A stretch of 64,000 nucleotides of DNA from Vulcanimicrobiota bacterium. Its GTDB lineage: Bacteria; Vulcanimicrobiota; Xenobia; Xenobiales; JADMJV01. The notes under the pieces are model-generated. The model had not been told where the DNA came from. It ran no database searches and saw nothing but the letters and a program-made list of their open reading frames with translations. Every line of letters starts with the position of its first letter. Within the stretch, counting starts at the first letter, position 1. Below are positions 1-9,294 of this stretch, in pieces. The stretch covers positions 1 to 64,000 of the forward strand of contig JBFWNU010000009.1 in assembly GCA_050250895.1 (NCBI GenBank). Direction: 5' to 3'. A program made the position numbers and the translations under genes.

Positions 1-1051
1 GGATCGGGGTATCCTGGAGGCCCGCCGGGTCAACCCCATTCACCGGATTACCGCCAACATACCCATACAGGTTCAAACCACCCGCAAAGCTGATCGGATC
101 TCTGGAGAGAAACCGCCCCAGCCTGGCATCGTAATGACGCCTACGCATATAGAGCAGGTTGGTGAGTGCCGAATCATCGTGAACGCCCAGTCCACCAACG
201 AAGGTCTTCGGACTAGAGCCCGAACCCGTCTTGCTCTGCTCACCAAACTCGAGATACTCGTAGGCAGCAACTTCGTCACCGCTGGCGTCGACCACGATCC
301 GTACCGAAGTCAAGCCGTCGGTCAGCAGGTAGAAGAAGTCGCCACCGCTCTCGAAACCTCTCAACTGGTCAGCCTTGATGTAGTTGAACTCCACCGGTGA
401 GCCCACGGCCGGCGTCTCCACTTCGTTGAGCGTCGGCAACCCCGAGTAGAAGCTCTCGGTGGTGGTCTCGTCGTCGAGGATCTTGGCCTTGCGAATGCCG
501 CCGGCATCATAGGTGTGCAGCACCTTCGTGTCGGCAGGGTCAAAGGCCACCCGAATCAGGTTGTCCTGGTCGTCCCAGCGATAGGCGATGGTGTCGCTGG
601 TGGCCGCGTCGGTGCGCAGGGTCATGTTACCGTCGTCGTCATGGGTGAACGTCTCCTGGTCGGAGAAGTCGCCCGGGGTGCGCGATTGGAAGGTCGAGGT
701 CACCTGGACCTTGGTGATCTGGTCGGCCGCGTCATACAGATAACGGTAGGTCTTGGAGTTGACGTGGTCGTCCATGAACGTGCGGTTGTCGGACTCGTCA
801 TACTCATAGACGCGCTGGGTCAAGAGACTGCCGGCGCCGATCTTCTTCTTGACCGTGGTCAGCCGGTTGAGCCAGTCATAGTCGTATTCCCAGCGCACCG
901 GGTCGGCGGTGCCGGAGGTCGAGATCATGGCGGTGCGGTTGCCCGCGTCATCATACTCATACTCGAGTTCGAGCACGTTGTCGAAGCCGCTCATGCCGTC
1001 GTCTTTGACATAGCGCAGGTTGGTCAGCTGCCCGTTGGCGTTCCAGCCGGC

Positions 1052-1183
1052 CCCCGTCGACCCAGCGGCGCCGACGCGCAGCGTCGGAAGGGATGATGGG
1101 AACGACGCCTTCCGTCCAGTTTCGCGTCGTGGCCATGCGTTCTCATCATTCCGTAGAGCCGCGACCGGGTCGACGGTCATAAG
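1052..1183. repeat. Imperfect hairpin insertion 1 (~132 bp, in frame) inside the RHS gene
   Basis: Arms are CCGTCGACCC (1054-1063) / GGGTCGACGG (1167-1176) and GGATGATGGGAACG / CGTTCTCATCATTCC. It translates as non-RHS sequence between ...MTPN and GWNANGQL. Confidence 0.65.
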
Positions 1184-1455
1184 GTTGGGAGTCATGGCAC
1201 CGTCGTCGAACCTGGCCTCGATGCCCGTCGAACTGGGATAGACGATCTTCTCGAGGCGGCCGCCGGCATCGTAAGTATAAGTAAACACCCGGTCGGACTG
1301 GCTGGGGCGCTTCACGGTTACCTCGTAGAGACGCTGATCGTTGTAGTAGCTATACTCCGTCACGTTACCCTGAATGTCGGTCACAGACGTGAGGTTGCCC
1401 TCGTCATCGTAGTCGTAAGAGATATTCTCCCCGTTGGGGAAGATCACCTGGGTCG

Positions 1456-1618
1456 AGCGGGCCCCGGCAGGCCCTCATCGCATTTTGGATGGCGATCCAT
1501 CCCCTGTCGAGGCGTCGCGCCTCGCTCGCGTATGCCAGATACTGACTCGCTCGGACGCTCCTTTCGACAGGGGCGCCTCGCCCCCCAAAATTGCGCGCGG
1601 GCCCGGCCGGGGCCCGCT
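1456..1618. repeat. Imperfect hairpin insertion 2 (163 bp, MITE-like) inside the RHS gene
   Basis: Perfect 13-bp terminal IR AGCGGGCCCCGGC / GCCGGGGCCCGCT and inner arms CCCCTGTCGA / TCGACAGGGG. Removing it joins YDELDR to STQVIFPNGE in frame. Confidence 0.75.
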
Positions 1619-2075
1619 AGCGGTCCAATTCATCATACAGGAAATGCCGCTCCTCCACCAGGGGATCATCTTCCTGATATTTCGAGCTTCCCCAGCGGGC
1701 CTGAGGGTCGTCCAGGCTCGAGGGTACGGACTCCTGGTAGACGATGTCGTTGGCCTTCTCCTGGCGCACTTTGACCAGGCGCCCGAGCTCATCGTACTCG
1801 TAGAGGGGGCTCATGCGGCACATGACGTCAAACGAGTAGGTTCGTTCCACTCCTCGAGCGGTCAGCTCGGAGAATTCGACGCAGAACGGCTCGTAGGTCA
1901 TCTCGGTGTCGCGGTTGAGGGGGTCGGTGGTCAGAGTGTGGCGATTGAGGTCGTCATACTCGTAGGTCGTGCTATGGGTGGCCATGCCGACAAAGCGATC
2001 GAGCTGCAACAGGTTCGAGAACCCGTCGTAGTCAAAGCCCACCCGCTGGTCGAAGTTGTTCTGCGAAACTTCGCT

Positions 2076-2259
2076 TCAACCCGGATGACGTGCAGCCGGG
2101 CCGCCGGATTGCGGCGATGGCGCCCCAAATGCAAGGAGCGGCCGCCGCGAGGAGCGGATAGTATCAAGGGTCATACTTGAGCACCGCAGCGGTAGCCGCG
2201 ACGCCGCAGTTGGGTGGGACAGCGCCGCAAGACAAGGTTCGGTCGTGCGTCAGCCGGGT
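2076..2259. repeat. Imperfect hairpin insertion 3 (184 bp, MITE-like) inside the RHS gene
   Basis: Terminal arms AACCCGGATGACG / CGTCAGCCGGGTT (12/13), inner arms TTGCGGCG / CGCCGCAA and TCAAG / CTTGA. Removing it joins GRLTGIR to SEVSQNNFDQRVGFDYD in frame. Confidence 0.75.
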
Positions 2260-3048
2260 TCTAATGCCGGTCAGGCGGCCGATGTCGCTGTATTCGTACT
2301 TGGTCCGCCGGCGGTAGACCGATGAGCTATTGGCCGGGGCGGAGATTTCGCTGAGCCGATTGTCTTCGTACGTCATGTCGACGTAATTGTTGAGCGCATC
2401 GGTGATCTTGGTCGGTCGATTGTCGTCATCGAACTCATACTCCCACTCATTGCTGAGGGGGTCGGTCACCTTGATGACGTTATCGAAGAAGTCGTAGTGG
2501 AAGGTATAGGTGCGCGACGGCGCGTTGTTGGGGCCCGCTGGGAGTGATGATCTCCTTGAGGTTGCCGTCGTGCGAGGCCCCGGAGCTCGAGTAGTAGGTA
2601 AAGGTGGTCGTGTTGTTGTTGCGGTCGGTAATGCTGGTGACCTGGCCATCAGCGCCAACGGTGAAGACGGTGTCGTTGCCTTTGGCGTCGGTGATGGTGA
2701 TCAGGTTGCCGTTGCTATCGTATTCGAAGTAGGTCGGATCGTAGGTCGTCTCATAGGTTCGCTGATAGCCGGCAACACCGGGGTCGTCAACAGTCACCGT
2801 GGGTCGATGAATCTCCGCGATGAGATTGCGATGATTGGGATTCATGGGATTGTCGAAGTGGTTTTTTTCCGATTGATGTAGCCCTCTGGAGAGCCATTCT
2901 GCGGAGTTCGGAACGGGACATTGTACTTCTCTTTCGCCAGTCAACCATCCATCGACAATCTCCGATTCCTTTCGGCCGGTATCTTTCCGTCTCTCTGTGG
3001 GTAGGAAGGCTTATTCACAACGGCTACGAACTTCCGTAGTCGGAGGAT

Positions 3049-4638
3049 ATGATGCGCTTCACACTCAGGTTCCTGGTACTTCTCCTTCTAGCGGTGAACT
3101 TTTCCTGCGGAGGAGGCGGAGGTTCAAGCCCGCCCGCGACCAACGAAGGCCAGAGTGCCACCGGCGGGGGCGGCCCGGTCGGAACGCTACCGGCCTCGGT
3201 CCGCCTCAACCTCCGAGTTCCCGGCACCATACCCGGCGCCCAACAGGTCGCCAACCAGCCGGTGCCGTTCTGGCTGGCTCTGTTGGCCAGCCCAGCCTAC
3301 GCCCAGACCACTTTCTTCACCATTCCGGGGGCGCGGGTGGACGCACTGGGCCGCACTTTCGCCATTGCCGATGCCAGCGGGGCGGCGCTATTTCGCAGCC
3401 TTCCCCCGGGACCCTATCGGTTCGTGGTGACCTCGCCGTCACCGGGCGTGGTATTGCAAACCTTGCTCAGCGCCGGCCCCGGAGCGGTGCTTGAGGCCCA
3501 GGTCGACGAGTGGACGACGATGGCGACCCTGACCGCTATCACCGGGGCTCGCAACCTCGGCACCAGCCCGGATGGATGTGACCTCCGGGCTTTGGCCTCT
3601 CTTTATGAGGCCAACAGCAACAACGACTTCAGCACGGTTCGCGCCCAGGTGCTGGCGGCTCTGGCCTCCGGCCAGGACTGGCTCGACCAGGACTTCTATC
3701 CTCTCTCAGGGGTGCTCCAAAACGACTTGCAGGCCGCCAACAGCTCGGTGACCTACCGCCTGACTCAGTCGCCCGTCCCCGGCGGGACCACGATTGGGGG
3801 ACCGCTCTACCTGATCGTCACCTTCAACCAGGCAGTGGACCCCGCGACCCTGCCGCCCCAGGTTAACGGATGGAGCCTGGAAACGCCGGTGGGCACGATC
3901 AACTCCTCGAACCTCGCCCAGTTCGGGTCGGCGGGATATACCAGTCAACTACTCACGATGGATGGACGGGCATTTCCGCCCAATACGCTCTTCTTCCGTT
4001 TGCCCAACGTCCAACTGGCTCAGGGAGTGACGCACCATTTCGGTCTTTCGCTGCCGAGCCTGCCCACCTCGGCGGCTGGCCCCACCGTGCTCAGTTCGAC
4101 CCCCGCAGGCAGCTTCGTCTCGTGGGACTTTTCCACCAACCCGGGTGGAGGGAGCGCGGTCGAATCCAACGTCGGTGGGCAAATCACCATTACGGCTTCT
4201 AGCTGCGCCGGTAGCACCAACGCCAACCTCGGCCCACTGGGCGCACCCGTGCTGCTATTGGGCGACCTGGCTCCCGACCTGCTCGGACTGGAATACTACA
4301 CTCGCCCCCAACCGGCCACCATCCCGTTCCAGGAGCGCGTGGTCTTCTTGAGGGTTCGCGACGCTGATTCCATCCAACTGGGCGATGTTTTCATGGTGAG
4401 CCCTAATCCCGACCAGCAACCAGGTTTCTCCCTCGGCTACGAAGAGCGCGACTATACAGACCCGAACAGCGGTCCGACCAGTTCACGCCGGTGGTCGGCC
4501 AACTCGGGAACCCTCACGGTCATCGGTTTGTCAGGCGCAACCATCCGCCTCGAGGGGCAAGTCCAGATGGCTGCCTCGTCAGGAGGAGCCTCCGGAACGT
4601 TCTGCCTGGACGGAGACTTCCAGATCGTCTTTCCCTGA
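3049..4638 (+). CDS. Putative lipoprotein with beta-rich/Ig-like domains
   Basis: GGAGG RBS; signal peptide ending LAVNFSC followed by a GGGGGSS linker; VTFNQAVDPAT motif typical of Ig-like (Big_5/SbsA-type) domains. Confidence 0.7.
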   Translation: MMRFTLRFLVLLLLAVNFSCGGGGGSSPPATNEGQSATGGGGPVGTLPASVRLNLRVPGTIPGAQQVANQPVPFWLALLASPAYAQTTFFTIPGARVDALGRTFAIADASGAALFRSLPPGPYRFVVTSPSPGVVLQTLLSAGPGAVLEAQVDEWTTMATLTAITGARNLGTSPDGCDLRALASLYEANSNNDFSTVRAQVLAALASGQDWLDQDFYPLSGVLQNDLQAANSSVTYRLTQSPVPGGTTIGGPLYLIVTFNQAVDPATLPPQVNGWSLETPVGTINSSNLAQFGSAGYTSQLLTMDGRAFPPNTLFFRLPNVQLAQGVTHHFGLSLPSLPTSAAGPTVLSSTPAGSFVSWDFSTNPGGGSAVESNVGGQITITASSCAGSTNANLGPLGAPVLLLGDLAPDLLGLEYYTRPQPATIPFQERVVFLRVRDADSIQLGDVFMVSPNPDQQPGFSLGYEERDYTDPNSGPTSSRRWSANSGTLTVIGLSGATIRLEGQVQMAASSGGASGTFCLDGDFQIVFP

Positions 4639-4712
4639 GTGTGGGCTCGGCGGCGAGTTCTCGGTGAGAAAAACCCGCCCAGGCCGCGGGCCAAGCCAAC
4701 CTCCAGAAAATG

Positions 4713-4739
4713 AAAAAAGCCCCCTGGCGGGGGCTTTTT
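4713..4739. terminator. Bidirectional rho-independent terminator
   Basis: AAAAAAGCCCCC-TGGC-GGGGGCTTTTT between convergent genes. Confidence 0.85.
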
Positions 4740-4751
4740 CCGAGAGAGGGC

Positions 4752-6230
4752 CTAGCTGAGCGGGACGCGCTTGAGTTCGTTGGCGTCGCGGTCGAGGTAG
4801 GCGTGATAGTGGCTTCCGTCGGGGCGGAAGAAGTCGGCGAGGGTGGCCTTGTGGCCTTCCTCGGGGATGAAGATGTCGCCATTGGCAGCCAGACGGGCAA
4901 CCTCTTTCTCGAGGGCCTTCTGCTTGATGGCGTCGTCGTCGGCGGCGAAGATGCCGCGTTCGTTGTGGGCTTTGACGGTCACGCCCGAAAGGTCGCCGAA
5001 CTTGTCGCCGAGCTGGAAGCTCATCTCGCGCAGCTCGCCGCGCTCGACGCTGGCGGTGATGCCGTGCTCGAGGTTGAGGCCACGAGGCAGGATCTGACGG
5101 CCGGTGAAGACCTTGGTGATCATCTCCTGGCGCTCGCCGCCGTTGACCTTGCGGTCGCCTTCGAGCATCGACTCGGCCATGCCGCGGAAGGTCACGAAGC
5201 TGCCTTCGGTCGAGTTGTCCATCTGACCGACCAGTAGACGCCAGCCCTCCTGGGCGGCTTTCTGCAGGGCTTCTTTCGGCTCGGCGCCTTTAGCCCGATA
5301 GTCGTCAGAGATGGAGTCCATCAGCTCGTAGAACGCACCGGTCCAGACGCGGGCGAACGAGTGGGACTCGCGGGCCAGGCGGTTGTCGGGAGCTTCTTCG
5401 GGAAGGGTGTCCGGGTCGACGTATTTGAAGTTGTTGCGGTTGTCGCGCACGGCCGAGCGGCCGATCGACTTGCCCATCTCCTCGCCCAGTTCGGCCAGGA
5501 TGTTCGGGTTGGAGAGGTCGCCACCGGTCTGCTCGACCACCTTGTCGAGGACCTGGTCGTTCTCCATCGATACCAGCATGCTGACCATGTCGCCGAAGGC
5601 TTCGTGGAAAGCGCCGGCTTCGAAGGCCATCGAGGTGAAGTAGTTGGGACGAAGGGCGTCGAGGATAGCGTGGCCGGCCTCGTGCGAGACGACCTCACCC
5701 GAGTTGCCGGTCGAGGTGTTCTTGCCAGCGGCGTTGGGATAGTCGAAGAAGAACAGGTTGCCCTGCTCGGGGCCACCTTCTTCAAAAGCGAAACGGGTGT
5801 AGAAAGCGTTCGGCATCGGCTGGGGCAGTTTGGCGCCGGCGTTGGGCGCGATCCCCAGCTGGTCTTCGTTGAAGGCCCACTTGATGCTCTTGCCGGTGTA
5901 CTGCTGCATCTTCTCGTCGAAGATCTGCACCGTCTTGGCGGCGGCCGCGAAGGAGTTGGCGGCGGTGTAGTCGAGGCTGCCTTCGTTGAAAACGAACTGG
6001 CCGTCTGCGTTAGCGTTGAGCTTGAGGCTGGCATCAGGCTCGAGACCGGTGGGGCGGCCGAAGATATCGGTCACCAGGAAGAAATTGCGCAGTTGCACTT
6101 TATCGGTAGCCGGAGCGCCGCCCAGCCGCACGGTATCGATCTCGGTGGTCTGAGGTTTGGCCACCTGAGCGTCCTGCGGATTATAACTGAAAACGGCTTT
6201 CTTGGCTGATGGATTTGACTGGATATGCAT
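4752..6230 (-). CDS. Zinc metallopeptidase, M4/M36 (thermolysin/fungalysin)-like
   Basis: NAFY, VSHEAGH and downstream FHEAFGD gluzincin motifs; no Sec signal peptide. Confidence 0.85.
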   Translation of the reverse strand: MHIQSNPSAKKAVFSYNPQDAQVAKPQTTEIDTVRLGGAPATDKVQLRNFFLVTDIFGRPTGLEPDASLKLNANADGQFVFNEGSLDYTAANSFAAAAKTVQIFDEKMQQYTGKSIKWAFNEDQLGIAPNAGAKLPQPMPNAFYTRFAFEEGGPEQGNLFFFDYPNAAGKNTSTGNSGEVVSHEAGHAILDALRPNYFTSMAFEAGAFHEAFGDMVSMLVSMENDQVLDKVVEQTGGDLSNPNILAELGEEMGKSIGRSAVRDNRNNFKYVDPDTLPEEAPDNRLARESHSFARVWTGAFYELMDSISDDYRAKGAEPKEALQKAAQEGWRLLVGQMDNSTEGSFVTFRGMAESMLEGDRKVNGGERQEMITKVFTGRQILPRGLNLEHGITASVERGELREMSFQLGDKFGDLSGVTVKAHNERGIFAADDDAIKQKALEKEVARLAANGDIFIPEEGHKATLADFFRPDGSHYHAYLDRDANELKRVPLS

Positions 6231-6264
6231 CGTTCTTGTTCCTCTCGTCGTGTAGGCCTCGACG

Positions 6265-6308
6265 AGAATATGCCGGCCTCACGGGCGCGTAGGATAAAAT
6301 CATGTTAA
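6265..6308 (-). promoter_or_regulatory. Direct-repeat box promoter (class N22)
   Basis: Minus strand reads TTAAC-ATGATT-TTATC-N22-TATTCT. Confidence 0.5.
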
Positions 6309-6373
6309 CAAGTTAAGATTCGCGGCAAATCGGTGGGGCAGGAAACCGCCGGGCCGTTTCGGAACCACCCGAG

Positions 6374-6934
6374 ATGAACCGGGAAGAAGGCTGGCGCCTA
6401 CTCTGCGAATACACCCAGAGCGAATCGTTGCGCAAGCACGCCCAGGCCGTCGAGGCCTGCATGCGCTTTTATGCCGAGCGCGGCGGCCACGATATCGAGC
6501 AGTGGGGCCTGACCGGCCTGCTGCATGATTTCGATTATGAGCGCTGGCCCGAACCGCCCGACCATACCCGCGAGGGGGCCGCGATTTTGCGCCAACGAGG
6601 GCTCGACGAAGAGGTGGTGGGGGCGATTTTGTCCCACGCTAGCTGGAATCAAGACGAGTATCCCCTCGATCGACCTTTGCGCAAGACGCTTTTTGCGGTG
6701 GACGAACTGTCTGGCTTTATCACCGCCTGTGCCCTGGTGCGCCCTGACCGCCTCGAGGGGCTGACTCCCAAGAGCGTCAAGAAGAAGATGAAGGCGGCCG
6801 CCTTCGCCGCCGCTGTGAGCCGCGACGACATTCGCCAGGGGGCCGAGCTGTTGGGACTCGAGCTCGATAGCCACATCGCCAACTGCATCGCGGCCATGCA
6901 AGGCGCCAAAGAACGCCTGGAGCTGACGGTTTGA
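6374..6934 (+). CDS. HD/HDIG-domain metal-dependent phosphohydrolase
   Basis: LRKH...GLLHDFDYE...H...AILSH...AVDELSGFI motifs. Confidence 0.9.
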   Translation: MNREEGWRLLCEYTQSESLRKHAQAVEACMRFYAERGGHDIEQWGLTGLLHDFDYERWPEPPDHTREGAAILRQRGLDEEVVGAILSHASWNQDEYPLDRPLRKTLFAVDELSGFITACALVRPDRLEGLTPKSVKKKMKAAAFAAAVSRDDIRQGAELLGLELDSHIANCIAAMQGAKERLELTV

Positions 6935-9237
6935 AGCGCGTTCTGGATCATCGCTTTCAGCTGATGGAGCTGTTGGGAGAGGGCCGCATCGGGCGTGTCT
7001 ATCGCGCCCGCGACCTGCTCGAGAGCCGCGACGTGGCCCTCAAGATGCCCCACGACTGGCACACTCGCAATCCCGAGTTTCGGGCGCGGTTTCGGCGCGA
7101 GTTGTTGACCGGCATGCGCTTGCGCCACGCCGGCATCGTGCGCAGCCTCGAGACGGGCGAGCACGACGGCACCCCTTTTCTGGTCAGCGAGCTGATCGAG
7201 GGAACTCCGATCCTGCAGTGGTTTTACGGCACCAATCGCGACTACGAGGCCCTGGCCGAGGTGCTCGAGCAGTTGCTCGACGCGCTGGAGTATGCTCATA
7301 GTCGCCGGGTCGTCCACCAAGAGCTCAAGCCCGCCAATATCCTGGTCGATAAAGACGGAGCCCCCAAAATGCTCGATTTCGGCCTGGCCGGCCGGTTAGA
7401 GGACCAGCTGCGCATCGGCCCCCATCCCGAGAGTGGACTGGCCTATCTCAGCCCCGAGCAGGCCATGGGCGAGCGCGGCGACCAGCGTTCTGACCTGTAT
7501 GCCCTGGGGGCTGTGCTGTTTCACCTGCTGGCCGAGCGCCCTTTGATGCGGGCTGAAGAACCGGCCGACTTTCTACTCAGTCACCTCAACGAGACGCCGC
7601 CTCCGCTTTCGGCCCTGCGCGGCGACGTGCCGGTCTGGCTCGAGCGACTGGTGGCCCGGCTGCTGTTGCGCCGGCCCGAGCAAAGACCTCAGTCGGCCAA
7701 CGAGGTACTGCACTGGGTGCGCCGCCGGCGCCAGGCCGACAACACGGCCCAGCAGCGCCAGGCTCCCATTTTAGGACGGGCCGCCGAACGCGAGAAATTG
7801 CAGGAGGCTTTGAATGGTCTTGAGGAGGGCCGCGGCCAGATGGTGCGGATCAGCGGTGCGGCCGGCAGCGGCAAAACGCTGCTGGTCGATGATCTGCTGC
7901 AGCGGGCCAACGAGCGCGACTTCCTGACGGTGCGCATCGAGTCCACAGCCGATTCGGTGATGCACCTGGGCTCGATCGCCGCCCACTTCGAAGACCCCGA
8001 CCTGCCGCTCTTCGAGCGCATTCTCGAGAGCGCCATGGCCATGCCGCTGGTGCTGGTCTTGGAGGGGATTCACCGGGCCCACGACTCGGTGGCCGAATTG
8101 CTGGGCGAGTTGATGGCCCTGGTCGAAGACGCGCCGTTGCTGGTGGTGGTGACCGACCGGCCCGACGAGCTCGAAAACGAGACTTTGAAGGCCCAGCTCG
8201 AGGCCTTTGAAGAGCGCATCAAGCTCGATGGCCTCGACTGGGAGGCCTGTGCCCAGCTGATCGAAGAGCGCACCTGGTCGCCGCCCCCCCGAGCCGCCAC
8301 TGCCTGGTTCATGAAGGTCACCAAGGGCAATCCCCTGTTTGTAAAGCTGCTGGCCGAGCATCTCGAGGGCACCCATCTTCAGCAGACGGTGCCGGGAGAA
8401 TCGCAATGGACCACTCCCGCCAAAGGCTCGTATCCAGACACCCTCGAGGGCCTGTTGGGCCGCAAGCTCGAGCGCCAGGGCCCCGACGCCAGGGCCGTGC
8501 TGGGCCTGGGCGCCTGCCTCGGGGAGCGCTTTAGCTTCAACGCCCTCAAAGCGGTGACTTACCACGAAGAGCACGAGCTCGAGAGCCTGCTCGAGCAGGT
8601 CGTGCGCGAGGGATTGCTCAAGGAAGAGTGGTCCAGTGGTCTGGTGCGCTATTCGTTCAACAATTCGCTGCTGTGGAATCTGGCCTGCGAAAGCATCCAT
8701 GAGCGCCGGCGCCGCCGTCTGCATCTGCTGGCCGCCCGCTTCTATGAAAAGTCGGGTATCTGGCCGGCCTCGATCCTGGCCTATCACTACCGCCAGGCGG
8801 ACCGCTGGGAGAAGTCGCTGCGCTATACCGCCGAGGCCCTCGAAGACGCCCTCGAAAACAAAGACCGGGGCGAGGCCACCTATCACTACACCCGGTTGCT
8901 CGAAGGGCTGCGGACGCTTCCCACTCGCTGGCCCGGACCGGACCTCGAGCGATTCAAGCGCAACCAGCTGCCCCGGGCCAATCGGCTCGACACCCTGGTG
9001 AGCTGGACTCTGCTGGTCACCGGCGAGATCGACATGGCGGCCGAGCGGGTGATCCACGAGAAAGATATCGAGCAAGCCTTGATGAAGGCCGAACTATATC
9101 TCTGGGGCAAGCTGGGTGTGCTCGAGGCCGAGAAAGCCCTCGAGGCCGTGCGGCCGCAGCTTTCCAAAGAGGCCGACCAGCGTCGCTTTGAAGAGGCTCG
9201 CCAGGCTCTGCTGGCCAAAGACGGCCGCCAGGTTTAA
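6931..9237 (+). CDS. Ser/Thr kinase-like domain fused to an AAA/STAND-type ATPase (probable pseudokinase)
   Basis: GEGRIG, VALK, HQELKPAN (HRD changed to HQE), DFG, YLSPEQ; Walker A GAAGSGKT; GNPLF motif. Confidence 0.85.
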   Translation: MKRVLDHRFQLMELLGEGRIGRVYRARDLLESRDVALKMPHDWHTRNPEFRARFRRELLTGMRLRHAGIVRSLETGEHDGTPFLVSELIEGTPILQWFYGTNRDYEALAEVLEQLLDALEYAHSRRVVHQELKPANILVDKDGAPKMLDFGLAGRLEDQLRIGPHPESGLAYLSPEQAMGERGDQRSDLYALGAVLFHLLAERPLMRAEEPADFLLSHLNETPPPLSALRGDVPVWLERLVARLLLRRPEQRPQSANEVLHWVRRRRQADNTAQQRQAPILGRAAEREKLQEALNGLEEGRGQMVRISGAAGSGKTLLVDDLLQRANERDFLTVRIESTADSVMHLGSIAAHFEDPDLPLFERILESAMAMPLVLVLEGIHRAHDSVAELLGELMALVEDAPLLVVVTDRPDELENETLKAQLEAFEERIKLDGLDWEACAQLIEERTWSPPPRAATAWFMKVTKGNPLFVKLLAEHLEGTHLQQTVPGESQWTTPAKGSYPDTLEGLLGRKLERQGPDARAVLGLGACLGERFSFNALKAVTYHEEHELESLLEQVVREGLLKEEWSSGLVRYSFNNSLLWNLACESIHERRRRRLHLLAARFYEKSGIWPASILAYHYRQADRWEKSLRYTAEALEDALENKDRGEATYHYTRLLEGLRTLPTRWPGPDLERFKRNQLPRANRLDTLVSWTLLVTGEIDMAAERVIHEKDIEQALMKAELYLWGKLGVLEAEKALEAVRPQLSKEADQRRFEEARQALLAKDGRQV

Positions 9238-9294
9238 CCCGCCCTGTAGGGAACCTCAGGGGCGATCACCAAGTTACACCGCCTAGAGGTTTCG

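Larger units (their letters stand above)
1..2870 (-). pseudogene. Fragmented RHS/YD-repeat polymorphic toxin gene; runs off the left edge of the window
   Basis: The minus frame at 2-1474 is open and encodes YD repeats plus the RHS core (YDARLGRFLSRDPISFAGGLNLYGYVGGNPVNGVDPAGL). More YD-repeat fragments lie in other frames (1617-2075, 2260-2535, 2535-2870), separated by hairpin insertions, a frameshift near 2535 and apparent deletions. Confidence 0.85.

Noticed and set aside
1052-2259. Hairpins as integron attC sites
   Set aside because: Only one has AAC...GTT ends, the RYYYAAC/GTTRRRY boxes do not match, they interrupt a single gene rather than separating cassettes, and no integrase is present.
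6231-6373. Sigma-28 (TAAA-N15-GCCGATAA) promoters for the signal-less genes
   Set aside because: Only partial GCCG/GGCGATA matches with no correct -35 spacing; the direct-repeat plus TANNNT model fits better.
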